Shown piece after piece: positions 9,763 to 18,775 of a stretch of 64,000 nt of DNA. Source of the DNA: a virus; IMG/VR virus record IMGVR_UViG_3300025418_000011. One strand, given 5' to 3'. The first letter of the stretch is position 1. The number at the start of each line of letters is the position of its first letter. Position numbers and translations under genes: made by a program. The notes under the pieces were generated by a model. That model did no database searches. It saw nothing but the letters and a program-made list of their open reading frames with translations, and was not told the origin of the DNA.

Positions 9763-11171
9763 ATAACGATATTTACAATGATGCGGATTTTATTGAACTG
9801 GTAATAAAAAATATTATCAGAGAGCCAAAGGTTTTTGCCCTGGCTAAAAACCTAAAAATCGTGCCTGAAGACTTTGGCGGAATAGATATATACAAGGCAT
9901 TTATACAAATCGCTCTGGAGATCAATGAAGCACCTATAAACGAAAAGTTGATGCTTATTAATCTGAAGAGCTATCTGAACAAAGGGGCACTAAGTAAAGG
10001 CCAAGAGGAACAGATAGGAGAATTCTACGGATGGATCTATGATGACAGTCCGCTGAATTCAGACTACATCATGGAACATCTGCCTAAGATGTTGAAGCAG
10101 CGTAGATTTGGGGCGATTCTTAGAACCGCAGAAAAAGATCCAGATAAGATTGCAGCTAGCTTGAACTCATTGGTGTTCGACTTTAAGGACGCAGCTATCA
10201 ACGAAGAGGAATTATCTTTCACGCCTTTCGACCGCCCTGTGTTCGGTAAAAAGAGAAAAACTTTCCCTACCGGGTTTAGAGAGATTGACGCGATAATCAA
10301 GGGACTGGGTGTTCAAGAGTTTGGAATGATCCTGGGTTACTCTGGTGGAGGCAAAACGGCAATGGCTGTACATTCTGCATTAGAGACATGTAAGCTAGGG
10401 CATAGGGTAATGTATCTGTCTATGGAAGAACCTGCAGAGCATATCATTGCTCGGTTCTATTCTAACTATTTTTGCGTGAGCTATTCTGACCTTCACCAGG
10501 GAAAAGCAGTAGCTGAGGCCGAGGTAATAAGTAAATGGAATGATATGACCGACGAGGAGCGTGAGGTTATGCGTAATTTGAAAGTTGAAAACTTAAAAGG
10601 CATAGCCATGACCGCCAAAGATATCGGAGCTTATCTGGACAGGTATGCAGAAAGAACAGGATTTATTCCGGAGGTTGTTTATATAGACCAGATGGATTAC
10701 ATGGAGCCCGCTGAAAGTACAGACGCATCTTGGGAGAAATACTCAAAGATAGCTTTCGAGGTAGAAGATTTATCAAACCACTTGATTAATGGGGAACATA
10801 AGTTTTCTGTATGGCTGCTTCACCAGGCCACTGGAAAGATGAAAGGCCACTTTACAAACGCAGAGATATCTGGATTCAAGGGAGTGATCAAGCCTGCAGA
10901 TATTGTGGTAGGTATAGGAAAGGACGGACCCGATGCCAAGATAGTTAATATTTTCTCTATCAAGGCCAGACACACAAAGAACTTCTTTGTTCCTCACAGA
11001 GCAAATATGGAATTTATGCGTTTTGATACATCCGATGTTGGTGGAGAAGCCAGAGAGCAAACAGAAATAGATTTAGTACCAAAGCTAACAGGTAAAAAAA
11101 ATAAATCTAGGTTTAATAACATACCTGACAAGCAACAACTATTGCCGTCAGCAGATGGTAAATTTTTATAA
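9759..11171 (+). CDS. DnaB-like replicative helicase
   Basis: GYSGGGKT Walker A, YLSMEE, VYIDQMDY, LLHQ, KARH motifs. Confidence 0.9.
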   Translation: MNNDIYNDADFIELVIKNIIREPKVFALAKNLKIVPEDFGGIDIYKAFIQIALEINEAPINEKLMLINLKSYLNKGALSKGQEEQIGEFYGWIYDDSPLNSDYIMEHLPKMLKQRRFGAILRTAEKDPDKIAASLNSLVFDFKDAAINEEELSFTPFDRPVFGKKRKTFPTGFREIDAIIKGLGVQEFGMILGYSGGGKTAMAVHSALETCKLGHRVMYLSMEEPAEHIIARFYSNYFCVSYSDLHQGKAVAEAEVISKWNDMTDEEREVMRNLKVENLKGIAMTAKDIGAYLDRYAERTGFIPEVVYIDQMDYMEPAESTDASWEKYSKIAFEVEDLSNHLINGEHKFSVWLLHQATGKMKGHFTNAEISGFKGVIKPADIVVGIGKDGPDAKIVNIFSIKARHTKNFFVPHRANMEFMRFDTSDVGGEAREQTEIDLVPKLTGKKNKSRFNNIPDKQQLLPSADGKFL

Positions 11172-11172
11172 A

Positions 11173-11379
11173 ATGACTACACAAAAAGATCACACATTCA
11201 TTATCAAATCACCTCCTACATATAATCCGGCAATAATATCAGTAGAGATACATCCAGAGGCTTCTCTTATAGAAGTGATGGACGCTTTTGAGAAATTCTT
11301 GATATCTGTGGGTTATATTTTACCAGAAGGAACAAAACTGGGATTTGAGTATGACCCACCACAAGCTAACCATATATAA
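11173..11379 (+). CDS. hypothetical protein
   Basis: Small ORF; FEKFLISVGYI pattern seen in small phage proteins. Confidence 0.55.
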   Translation: MTTQKDHTFIIKSPPTYNPAIISVEIHPEASLIEVMDAFEKFLISVGYILPEGTKLGFEYDPPQANHI

Positions 11380-11381
11380 TA

Positions 11382-14075
11382 GTGAACGAAAATAAAGTAG
11401 AAGTAAAACCAAGAGGAGGCCCTGGAGCAAAATACATGATTGTATTTTCTCACCCATCAAAAGACGATTTACAGGTCGGTTACTTCGGTAGGGCGGGAGG
11501 TTCAGCTAACGAAGTAATAGATGCCATAGAAATAGCGGAAATACCTATAGAAGAATGCTACTTCACGGCTATGGTGAGAAACGGAATAGGTAGCAAACCC
11601 AAACCCCCGGCAGAAGACATTGAGTTTTGGAGTGAAAAGTTAGACAAGGAAATAGAAGAGATAAAGCCAAAGATTATCATTAGCCTGGGTGCGGAGGTAT
11701 TCAAGAGAATGATGAAGACCAACATGAAGATGGGAGACTATGTTGGTGAGATCATAGATTCTCCTTATGGTAAGCTACTTGCAAATTATTCCGCAGGTAT
11801 GGTTACTGTGCAGGATCCTACAAAAAGACCTGAATTCCAGGATATCTTCATGCTGGCTAAGAAGGCTGTGGATAACAACCTCCAATATGATAAATACACA
11901 TATAAGATAGTTAATTCTCCTGAGGAGAACATAACTATTCTTAATGATTATATATCCAGGGGAATGTTCTCTATAGGTTATGACGCTGAGTGGTACGGAA
12001 GTAAATTCACGGATGATGAGGTGATGTATGAGTTTCAGTACTCGTGTGAGAAAGATGTTGCTGTGGTTCTTAACATAGCCCCTGACGGCGAACACGAGAA
12101 TCTTGAGCTACTGAACACCATGAAGCTCATTCTAGAGCATCCTAAAGCGGATAGATTGGGCTGGAACATCAGGGCTGACGATTTACGACTAACACATAGA
12201 GGTTTCAAACTAGCAGACGAGACAATGGGCTTTGACGGAATGAAGGCTGTGGCTTTCTATGATTCCAGATTATCCAAGGGGTTGGATACCGGCATTAAGA
12301 AGTTTACAAACTACACTCCTTACTATGTGCCATTCTACAGGAAAATGCGTGAGCATAAGTTACCCAAGAATGCGCTGGCCAAGATGAAGTTTTTCGAGCC
12401 TGAAGTGTACTATGACTATTGCGCTGGTGACGCTGTTTCTCACAGAGAGGCATGCCTGAACATGCGGGGTAATTTCCCTAAGCACTTATGGCGTTACTAC
12501 AGCGAGGTTTATCTTCCTCTCACAAACTACTTCCTGGATATGGAAAGCACAGGCATTCCCATAGACATGAAAGTTTTAAGAGAGATTACGGATAAATATG
12601 TTGAAAAGTATGAGAGCCTCAGAACCGAGATGGATGAATTCATGGAGAAAAACTTTGGTATAAAAGGATTTAATCCAAACTCTTCTCTACAGAAGAAGGA
12701 TTTCATGTTTAACATACTAAAGCTTACTCCGGCATATTATACAAAGGCAGGCAAATCACCCAAGCCCAGAGTATGGTATGAGAAGCAGTCACCTCAGACT
12801 CAAAGATTATTCTCTCCATCAACTAATGGTAAATCCTTGTCCACTATCAAGTTCGAGCTTGAGGAGGATATGGAAGAGAATGACTCAGAAGAACTGAAAC
12901 TGAAGCACAGGGCAGTAGAGCTATTGTTGAATATTTCTAGGATAGGTGTATTCGCTACAAAGTTCTTATCCAAGAAAGGCGTTACGTTAGACGAAGCTGA
13001 GCAGTTGGATGGAGAAGAAGCTGATGAAGACGAACCACTTAAACAGAGTTATTGGGCAGCTATTGCTGGTGATGGAAAAATCCATGCTAGCTTCTTCGAG
13101 CTACTAAAAAACTTCAGATCTTCTAGCTCACCTAATGTGCAGAATCCTGCTTCAAAGGTGTTGGCGCACATTCCAAATATCTTCGTACCAGGATATTCAT
13201 TAATGCCCACAGAAGAGCAGAAGAAACATAGCGATAAATTACCGGCGAATATAAGAAACATATTTTATTCAGGTGATCCAGATTATCATTGGGTAGAGCT
13301 AGACATTGCTGGTGCAGACTTGGCGATTATGGCTTTCCTCAGTGGAGATCCTAAATTCATAAGCGACATCAGGGCAGGTAATTTCCATCAAACAAAAATG
13401 AGGGAATACTTCCAAGATCCTGAACTATCAAAGAAAGATGTTTCTAAATACGTTATATCCAAGAGTATTACATTCCGGGTTTCATACACAGCAGGATTGG
13501 ATTATGCGGCTATACCTATTCAAGCTGAAATCTATGCAGAAAACGGATTGAGGGTTCCGCTAGAACTGATCCAATATGCTTTGGATACCTGGAAGAGATA
13601 TGACACATACATGGCTTATAGAGAAGCCTGTAATGCAGAGGTTAATGCACATGAAAGAATATCTAACGCAAGAGGCATGCAGTTATCCTATGAAAAAACA
13701 GATAACTTTGGTATAAAAGCAGGATGGTTGAATGAGAGTTTGGCTTTTCCTGTGGCTTCTGAGTTAGCTTTGTTTATGTGGGAAGCCTCTGTGAATGTGC
13801 GTAAAATATTGAAAGACGAAGGTTTATGGATGAAATATATTTATCCAGTAAACGTAGTTCATGATGCTAATTACTGGGTAGCTCACAAGGATCTCATGAA
13901 TGGTAACTACCTGCCAGAGATTCTTAGATATGTTTTCTGTGATTATACAAAAATTGCCACAGGAGATAATCTTGGTTGCGAGCTAGTGGTTAGCGACAGA
14001 TGGAAAGGTAAGAAAATATTCGAAAAAGAAACTGTTTGGAATAAATCCAAGCAAACCTGGGAATGGGCTAACTAA
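11382..14075 (+). CDS. family A DNA polymerase with N-terminal UDG-like domain and 3'-5' exonuclease
   Basis: Exo I YDAEW, Exo II GWNIRAD, Exo III YCAGD; RSSSSPNVQNP; motif A ELDIAGADL; motif B KSITFRVSY; motif C VHD; N-terminal PKIIISLG. Confidence 0.9.
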   Translation: MNENKVEVKPRGGPGAKYMIVFSHPSKDDLQVGYFGRAGGSANEVIDAIEIAEIPIEECYFTAMVRNGIGSKPKPPAEDIEFWSEKLDKEIEEIKPKIIISLGAEVFKRMMKTNMKMGDYVGEIIDSPYGKLLANYSAGMVTVQDPTKRPEFQDIFMLAKKAVDNNLQYDKYTYKIVNSPEENITILNDYISRGMFSIGYDAEWYGSKFTDDEVMYEFQYSCEKDVAVVLNIAPDGEHENLELLNTMKLILEHPKADRLGWNIRADDLRLTHRGFKLADETMGFDGMKAVAFYDSRLSKGLDTGIKKFTNYTPYYVPFYRKMREHKLPKNALAKMKFFEPEVYYDYCAGDAVSHREACLNMRGNFPKHLWRYYSEVYLPLTNYFLDMESTGIPIDMKVLREITDKYVEKYESLRTEMDEFMEKNFGIKGFNPNSSLQKKDFMFNILKLTPAYYTKAGKSPKPRVWYEKQSPQTQRLFSPSTNGKSLSTIKFELEEDMEENDSEELKLKHRAVELLLNISRIGVFATKFLSKKGVTLDEAEQLDGEEADEDEPLKQSYWAAIAGDGKIHASFFELLKNFRSSSSPNVQNPASKVLAHIPNIFVPGYSLMPTEEQKKHSDKLPANIRNIFYSGDPDYHWVELDIAGADLAIMAFLSGDPKFISDIRAGNFHQTKMREYFQDPELSKKDVSKYVISKSITFRVSYTAGLDYAAIPIQAEIYAENGLRVPLELIQYALDTWKRYDTYMAYREACNAEVNAHERISNARGMQLSYEKTDNFGIKAGWLNESLAFPVASELALFMWEASVNVRKILKDEGLWMKYIYPVNVVHDANYWVAHKDLMNGNYLPEILRYVFCDYTKIATGDNLGCELVVSDRWKGKKIFEKETVWNKSKQTWEWAN

Positions 14076-14076
14076 T

Positions 14077-14277
14077 ATGACCATCAAGAAAAAAACAAAA
14101 TTAGCAATTAGTAAAACTGAAGAATGCCCGTGCTGTGGAAGTGAAGACTTCTCTAGCTGGACGTGTAGGAATACAGCCGGAGATACCTGTGTAGTAACAA
14201 TGTGCAACAGGTGCAGCTACGAGGTATCAGACACAGTGAAAGAAAAACAAGAAGCAGAAGAACACATTCAATTTTAA
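14077..14277 (+). CDS. small zinc-ribbon protein
   Basis: CPCCG...CNRC. Confidence 0.6.
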   Translation: MTIKKKTKLAISKTEECPCCGSEDFSSWTCRNTAGDTCVVTMCNRCSYEVSDTVKEKQEAEEHIQF

Positions 14278-15011
14278 TGGCTAAAAGCTTACTAAGTTTA
14301 AAGTTATCAGAAAACAGGAAAACAAGATTCTTTAAAGAGCATAAGAATACTTTTGGGTTAAAAACAGGAGAGATTAATGAAGGTGGTACCTGTCCAGGAG
14401 CGACCAAGGGTAAAGAGGGTTGCTTGGATGTTTGTTATGCCTGCACCACAAGCAGGATATACAAAAACTACAAGAAGACAGAAGATTACAATACTTTCAT
14501 GTTACTCAACGCAGATTACTCACTAAAGGTTGAAATCCTTAGAAATACATTGTTGAAGTTTCTTCTTAACGGAGGATTCATGAAGCAGTATTTCCGCCTA
14601 CACATGGGTGGGGATTTCTTCAATGAGGAATATGCAAGAGCTTGGGCCCATGTTATGGAGGAATGGCCGCTAGTAAGATTCTGGGGATATACCAGATCCT
14701 TATTTGCAATACCTATCCTGGCTGAGGTAAAAAACATGTCTATCTATATTAGCTGTGACCCAGTTAACATAGATGCTGTGTTAGAGGCATATGAGCCGTA
14801 TAGAAATTATCCTAATGTGGCTATTGCCTGGATGGGAGATAACTTCCCCGAGGACAAAATAAATGACAGAAAATTCCTAACATGCCCCGCTGTAGCAAAG
14901 CAGTTAAAGAGTACAAAAGACTATGGTGCCTGTAGCAGATGCAGGGCCTGTATAGATAGAACTCTTAAAACAGGAGAATTGAGACACATACAATTTCCTA
15001 TCCACAGATAG
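14277..15011 (+). CDS. GP88-like Fe-S/radical-SAM-like protein
   Basis: TCPGAT...CLDVCYA, FRLHMGGDFF, FWGYTR, C-terminal CPA...CSRCRAC. Confidence 0.7.
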   Translation: MAKSLLSLKLSENRKTRFFKEHKNTFGLKTGEINEGGTCPGATKGKEGCLDVCYACTTSRIYKNYKKTEDYNTFMLLNADYSLKVEILRNTLLKFLLNGGFMKQYFRLHMGGDFFNEEYARAWAHVMEEWPLVRFWGYTRSLFAIPILAEVKNMSIYISCDPVNIDAVLEAYEPYRNYPNVAIAWMGDNFPEDKINDRKFLTCPAVAKQLKSTKDYGACSRCRACIDRTLKTGELRHIQFPIHR

Positions 15012-15066
15012 GAATAAACAAAAACAAAGCCTATCCATAGTGACCAGGCGCAACAAAACACACAAA

Positions 15067-15810
15067 ATGAAACTGAAGATAAACACCGCAAACATGCGTA
15101 CTGTAGAAGTTAATGGGCAAAAAGCCTATTGCGTTAGTGACTTGATCGACTGTGCCGGAATGACTCCCGTGAATACGTTCAAGAAAGACGGGGCGGTATT
15201 CATGTCCCGCGTTACTGTGGGAGGAGTTACCCGTAATCGTCAACTTGTTAATGTTAATGACGTGGATACATACAACCTACTCTGTGACCAAACAGCTGTA
15301 AAGACTGTGGAGGTAACACAGCAGAACATCACTGGAGGAACTTCCGTGAAGGTTGTTAATACTAACGATCAAATCGCTGAGGAAATCCCGACTGATGTAA
15401 TGCAGGATATTACTGCAGCTCGAGCACTACCCACTCCTCCTAAGCTCAGCCTGGAAGAGGTGCGTAATCATATCTCGTCACCAGAAGAAACCGCCAAGCG
15501 GAATCTCAAGAGTGAGATCAACAAGCTTGTGCATAAGGAGGCAATGAGGCAAATGAATGCCAAGCAGATCACTCCCAAGCAGGAAGAGGAGAATGATCGG
15601 TACGAGCATCGCACAGCCTACAAAGCATTGTACGCTCAGTTTGATCGTATTATGCGTATCGAATTAGGTAAGCAGGGATATACCTTAGAGGAATGTGGAC
15701 TAGGAAAAGCAAAAAACTATTCCGGTACTACATACATTGATCGTATCACGAATGCTGGCTACTTGGAGAACCTGCACATCGTGGCTCAAGCAATGTTTGA
15801 GCAGAAGTAA
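15067..15810 (+). CDS. putative DNA-binding protein (possible Bro-N-like N-terminus)
   Basis: MRTVEVNGQKAYCVSDLIDCAG resembles Bro-N start; rest unknown. Confidence 0.5.
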   Translation: MKLKINTANMRTVEVNGQKAYCVSDLIDCAGMTPVNTFKKDGAVFMSRVTVGGVTRNRQLVNVNDVDTYNLLCDQTAVKTVEVTQQNITGGTSVKVVNTNDQIAEEIPTDVMQDITAARALPTPPKLSLEEVRNHISSPEETAKRNLKSEINKLVHKEAMRQMNAKQITPKQEEENDRYEHRTAYKALYAQFDRIMRIELGKQGYTLEECGLGKAKNYSGTTYIDRITNAGYLENLHIVAQAMFEQK

Positions 15811-15811
15811 A

Positions 15812-16069
15812 GTGGATATTGATATCCATAAAATTGTAAGCGAGGTAAAGCCCTTTTTGTCAGGCGAGGCCAAATCAATAGAGGATGCTATAGAGTACCT
15901 TAAGAGACTTTTGGCTCACTACGAAAGTCAGCTACATTCAGAGCAGTCATTAACGGGTGGAGATAGTTCAGCCACCCTTCCAACAGCAGAAGCAGTTAAC
16001 GGCACTGCAGGAGATACTCAGGCATTGAGTACATCCCAGCCGGAAAGTAAAACAACAAAAGGTGAATAA
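15812..16069 (+). CDS. hypothetical protein
   Basis: GTG start 1 nt after upstream stop. Confidence 0.45.
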   Translation: MDIDIHKIVSEVKPFLSGEAKSIEDAIEYLKRLLAHYESQLHSEQSLTGGDSSATLPTAEAVNGTAGDTQALSTSQPESKTTKGE

Positions 16070-16123
16070 TCACCCCGCAGGTAAACAACAAAAACACAAC
16101 AACCAACCCAAAAACACGCAGTT

Positions 16124-16390
16124 ATGAACAAGAAATTCGTCGTCAAGATCTCCGACAACACGGGCCACACCGAGCTCGCAGACCAGACCATCGACCAGGC
16201 GGTTGATGCCATCACCTCCAAGGTTGCCTCTCATGCCCACTGGGTATGGGTTGATGGTCAGCTGTTTGAGTTCGACGGTAATGATGTTACCTCGGACAAG
16301 AACCGCGAGAAGCTCGCTACTCGCCTGGCTGCAGCAGAAGACACCAACATCGTACTCTCTGGTACTCTGGTTGGTGGCGCCTCTCTGTAA
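16124..16390 (+). CDS. ubiquitin-like (beta-grasp/ThiS-like) protein candidate with C-terminal GG-ASL
   Basis: 88 aa; N-terminal strands, helix, WVWVDG strand, terminal IVLSGTLVGG+ASL; JAB and ThiF genes 3-4 kb downstream. Confidence 0.75.
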   Translation: MNKKFVVKISDNTGHTELADQTIDQAVDAITSKVASHAHWVWVDGQLFEFDGNDVTSDKNREKLATRLAAAEDTNIVLSGTLVGGASL

Positions 16391-16404
16391 TTAGTCTGTT
16401 ATAT

Positions 16405-16436
16405 TGTGGGGAAGAGGTCCGATCCCTCTCCCCACA
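16405..16436 (+). terminator. strong stem-loop after the Ubl gene
   Basis: TGTGGGGAAGAGG / CCTCTCCCCACA inverted repeat; no U-tract. Confidence 0.55.
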
Positions 16437-16463
16437 CATCAAAAATAAACACACATACACAAA

Positions 16464-18536
16464 ATGGAAATATCACTTAAAAAATTTAATTCATTAGTAA
16501 ATAACTTTAATAAAATAAAAAAATTCGCTTCCGGTGGTAGTGTGAGGTTCGATCATGACTGGCAGAAGATGAACCATGGTATTCAGTATCCTTATGACCC
16601 CGCAGTGCGACTGAAGATTAGTGATCTGAAATTTAAAACACTCCAAGCTGCATGGAGTTACTCAAAGATGAGCAAGATCCCTGTGCAGGGTCTTGACATA
16701 GCTCCATTGTCAAAATCAAGAACAACTCCAGGAAGCGCTGGTGAGAGATTCTATTCAGACACCAGAGCAGATAAGGTAGACACCAAGGGAATTGTTAAGA
16801 AGCTCACAAAAACAAACGGCCAGGAACTGGCTAAAGCGTTTAAGAGCATGCGTTTCATCCCGAAGGAAGTACCTGATAGTCTGTATCTTCCTTTTATTTT
16901 TCAAAATGCTCCATTAGAAGTAATGGAGGGTGTGCATACCTATAGGCTGGTATACACCAATACACCACATTCGTCCTCTGTTTTGATTATTGGTAGAGAT
17001 GACGACGATATCTATGACTATCTCGACAAGGGATTTTTCATGATGGTGGTTAAAGAAGTCTCTAGTAATGGAAATGAAAAGCGGCATTTGGTAATCACGA
17101 ACCAACTGGATGTACATACCATGCATGTATTCCTACTGGTTACTATGGATGCAAAGCTTACCTCATTCCTCAAGGGAGGTTGCTTTATACACTCCAACGA
17201 GGCTCAAATGGTTAGGCTGAAGATGGAGAAACGTCTATCAGCAAGGCATAAGGTAAAGTATGATGAGCTCAGGGCCTATATAGAGAAAGACTATCAAAAC
17301 AATACCTCTTTGATTGTTATCAATAAGCTCATGACGGGAGAGATTGAGAAGACCAGTATCAACAATATCACTCTCACAAAAACTTCCGCCACATATGAGA
17401 ATCTAAGTCTGGAAGCTCCTGATTTACTTGATGTTATATACAACAAGATTAACTTCGGTGGAGAGTTCGATATATATTCTATAATAGAGGCATACTCAGA
17501 GAATACAAAAGAACAGGTGGATGAGAAAGAGGTGGCAGAGGGTACATACGAGTTCCCAGAGATAAAGATCAATGGATTCGCCGTGAATATCTGCAAGACC
17601 CACACAGGTGTAAGAAAGATTAATGGTAAGAGGATAAATGCAGCAGAGGTAGGCAAGGTACTATACAGGGCGAGCTGTCATCACAGTCTTGCCGAGTATA
17701 ATCTGTTTGTTGCCCGTATTAGCAAGATGAGCATCAGATGGCATGATGCTATCGCTAATGGTCTGCCTGTTAAAATGCACAGCGTTATTACCAGAGAGGA
17801 GTATAACTCCGAAGAGCCCAGCTCCACAGCCCCGGCAGTTAAATTCTGGATTGATCCAGCTGCCCGCTGTATCAAGATCAGGGTAGAAGGAGATGACGGA
17901 GGCAAGGTAAGCCTCGGAAGACTCATCACCAAGATAGACACGATCAACAAGAAAACCAATGACCGTTGGTCTAACAAGGCAGGTAAATCCCGTAGCTGGC
18001 GCTGGGCTCGTGAAGAGCTTGCAAAAGCTATCAAAGATTGCTGTACACATACCACAGTAACCAAGAACGAGGACGGTACTACCAATACAATAACCACAAC
18101 TTCTGTAACAGGAGAAGACATCAAGAAGATTATCGATGTTGCGGACGAAGCCAAGAAAAAGGCCATAGAACGCAGTAAAGAGTTCTTGAACAGTGCGGTT
18201 AAAGTCACAGGAGCAGAGCAGATTGAGTTCCTGGGTAAGAAAGCGTTCAAGGTTCAGGGCAGTCTGAGAACATATGCAATCGTTGTGGAAAATGCCAAGG
18301 TTTATGACTTCGATACAAAGCAGTATCGTTGCATTGTGAACGACGGGCATTTCCGTGGTGTTGGCTATGATGATATCGCAGCCAGACTGTATGTTCTTAA
18401 GAATGACTCTGTTATGCAGAAAAAGATCGGAACACTGCAAGGAGGAGCACAGCCTCAATATGAGAATGTGCATAACGACTACCAACCAGAAAGAGATGTA
18501 ACAGAAGAAATTATTGAGAAACTAGACTTGGCTTAA
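16464..18536 (+). CDS. large hypothetical protein in the Ubl locus
   Basis: 690-aa ORF; no family recognised; C-terminal beta-rich segment YRCIV followed by a helix. Confidence 0.85.
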   Translation: MEISLKKFNSLVNNFNKIKKFASGGSVRFDHDWQKMNHGIQYPYDPAVRLKISDLKFKTLQAAWSYSKMSKIPVQGLDIAPLSKSRTTPGSAGERFYSDTRADKVDTKGIVKKLTKTNGQELAKAFKSMRFIPKEVPDSLYLPFIFQNAPLEVMEGVHTYRLVYTNTPHSSSVLIIGRDDDDIYDYLDKGFFMMVVKEVSSNGNEKRHLVITNQLDVHTMHVFLLVTMDAKLTSFLKGGCFIHSNEAQMVRLKMEKRLSARHKVKYDELRAYIEKDYQNNTSLIVINKLMTGEIEKTSINNITLTKTSATYENLSLEAPDLLDVIYNKINFGGEFDIYSIIEAYSENTKEQVDEKEVAEGTYEFPEIKINGFAVNICKTHTGVRKINGKRINAAEVGKVLYRASCHHSLAEYNLFVARISKMSIRWHDAIANGLPVKMHSVITREEYNSEEPSSTAPAVKFWIDPAARCIKIRVEGDDGGKVSLGRLITKIDTINKKTNDRWSNKAGKSRSWRWAREELAKAIKDCCTHTTVTKNEDGTTNTITTTSVTGEDIKKIIDVADEAKKKAIERSKEFLNSAVKVTGAEQIEFLGKKAFKVQGSLRTYAIVVENAKVYDFDTKQYRCIVNDGHFRGVGYDDIAARLYVLKNDSVMQKKIGTLQGGAQPQYENVHNDYQPERDVTEEIIEKLDLA

Positions 18537-18549
18537 AAATCAAACTCCA

Positions 18550-18726
18550 ATGAAACGCGTTCCAAAAAATAAAAAAGTAAAGGCGCAAATAAAGATTGGT
18601 AATACCCATAGCAGGGAATTGATGGTTAGTAAGCTACTCAGTGTATTCAATAGAATCACAAATAATAGAATGTATGCGGAGTGTAAGAAAACAAACTTCG
18701 CGGATATAGACTATTACGGAAGATAA
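18550..18726 (+). CDS. small basic hypothetical protein
   Basis: 58-aa ORF MKRVPKNKK...YYGR read manually. Confidence 0.4.
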   Translation: MKRVPKNKKVKAQIKIGNTHSRELMVSKLLSVFNRITNNRMYAECKKTNFADIDYYGR

Positions 18727-18736
18727 AAGTAACCCA

Positions 18737-18761
18737 GGGGTGGGTGGTTATCACCCACCCC
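18737..18761 (+). terminator. stem-loop
   Basis: GGGGTGGGTG-GTTAT-CACCCACCCC perfect 10-bp stem. Confidence 0.55.
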
Positions 18762-18775
18762 GCAACTTTAATAAT

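Noticed and set aside
17661-18485. Long minus-strand ORFs (274 aa and 189 aa) inside the 690-aa gene; also 20787-21230 and 57341-57790
   Set aside because: They are antisense to well-supported genes or tRNAs and have no recognisable motifs.
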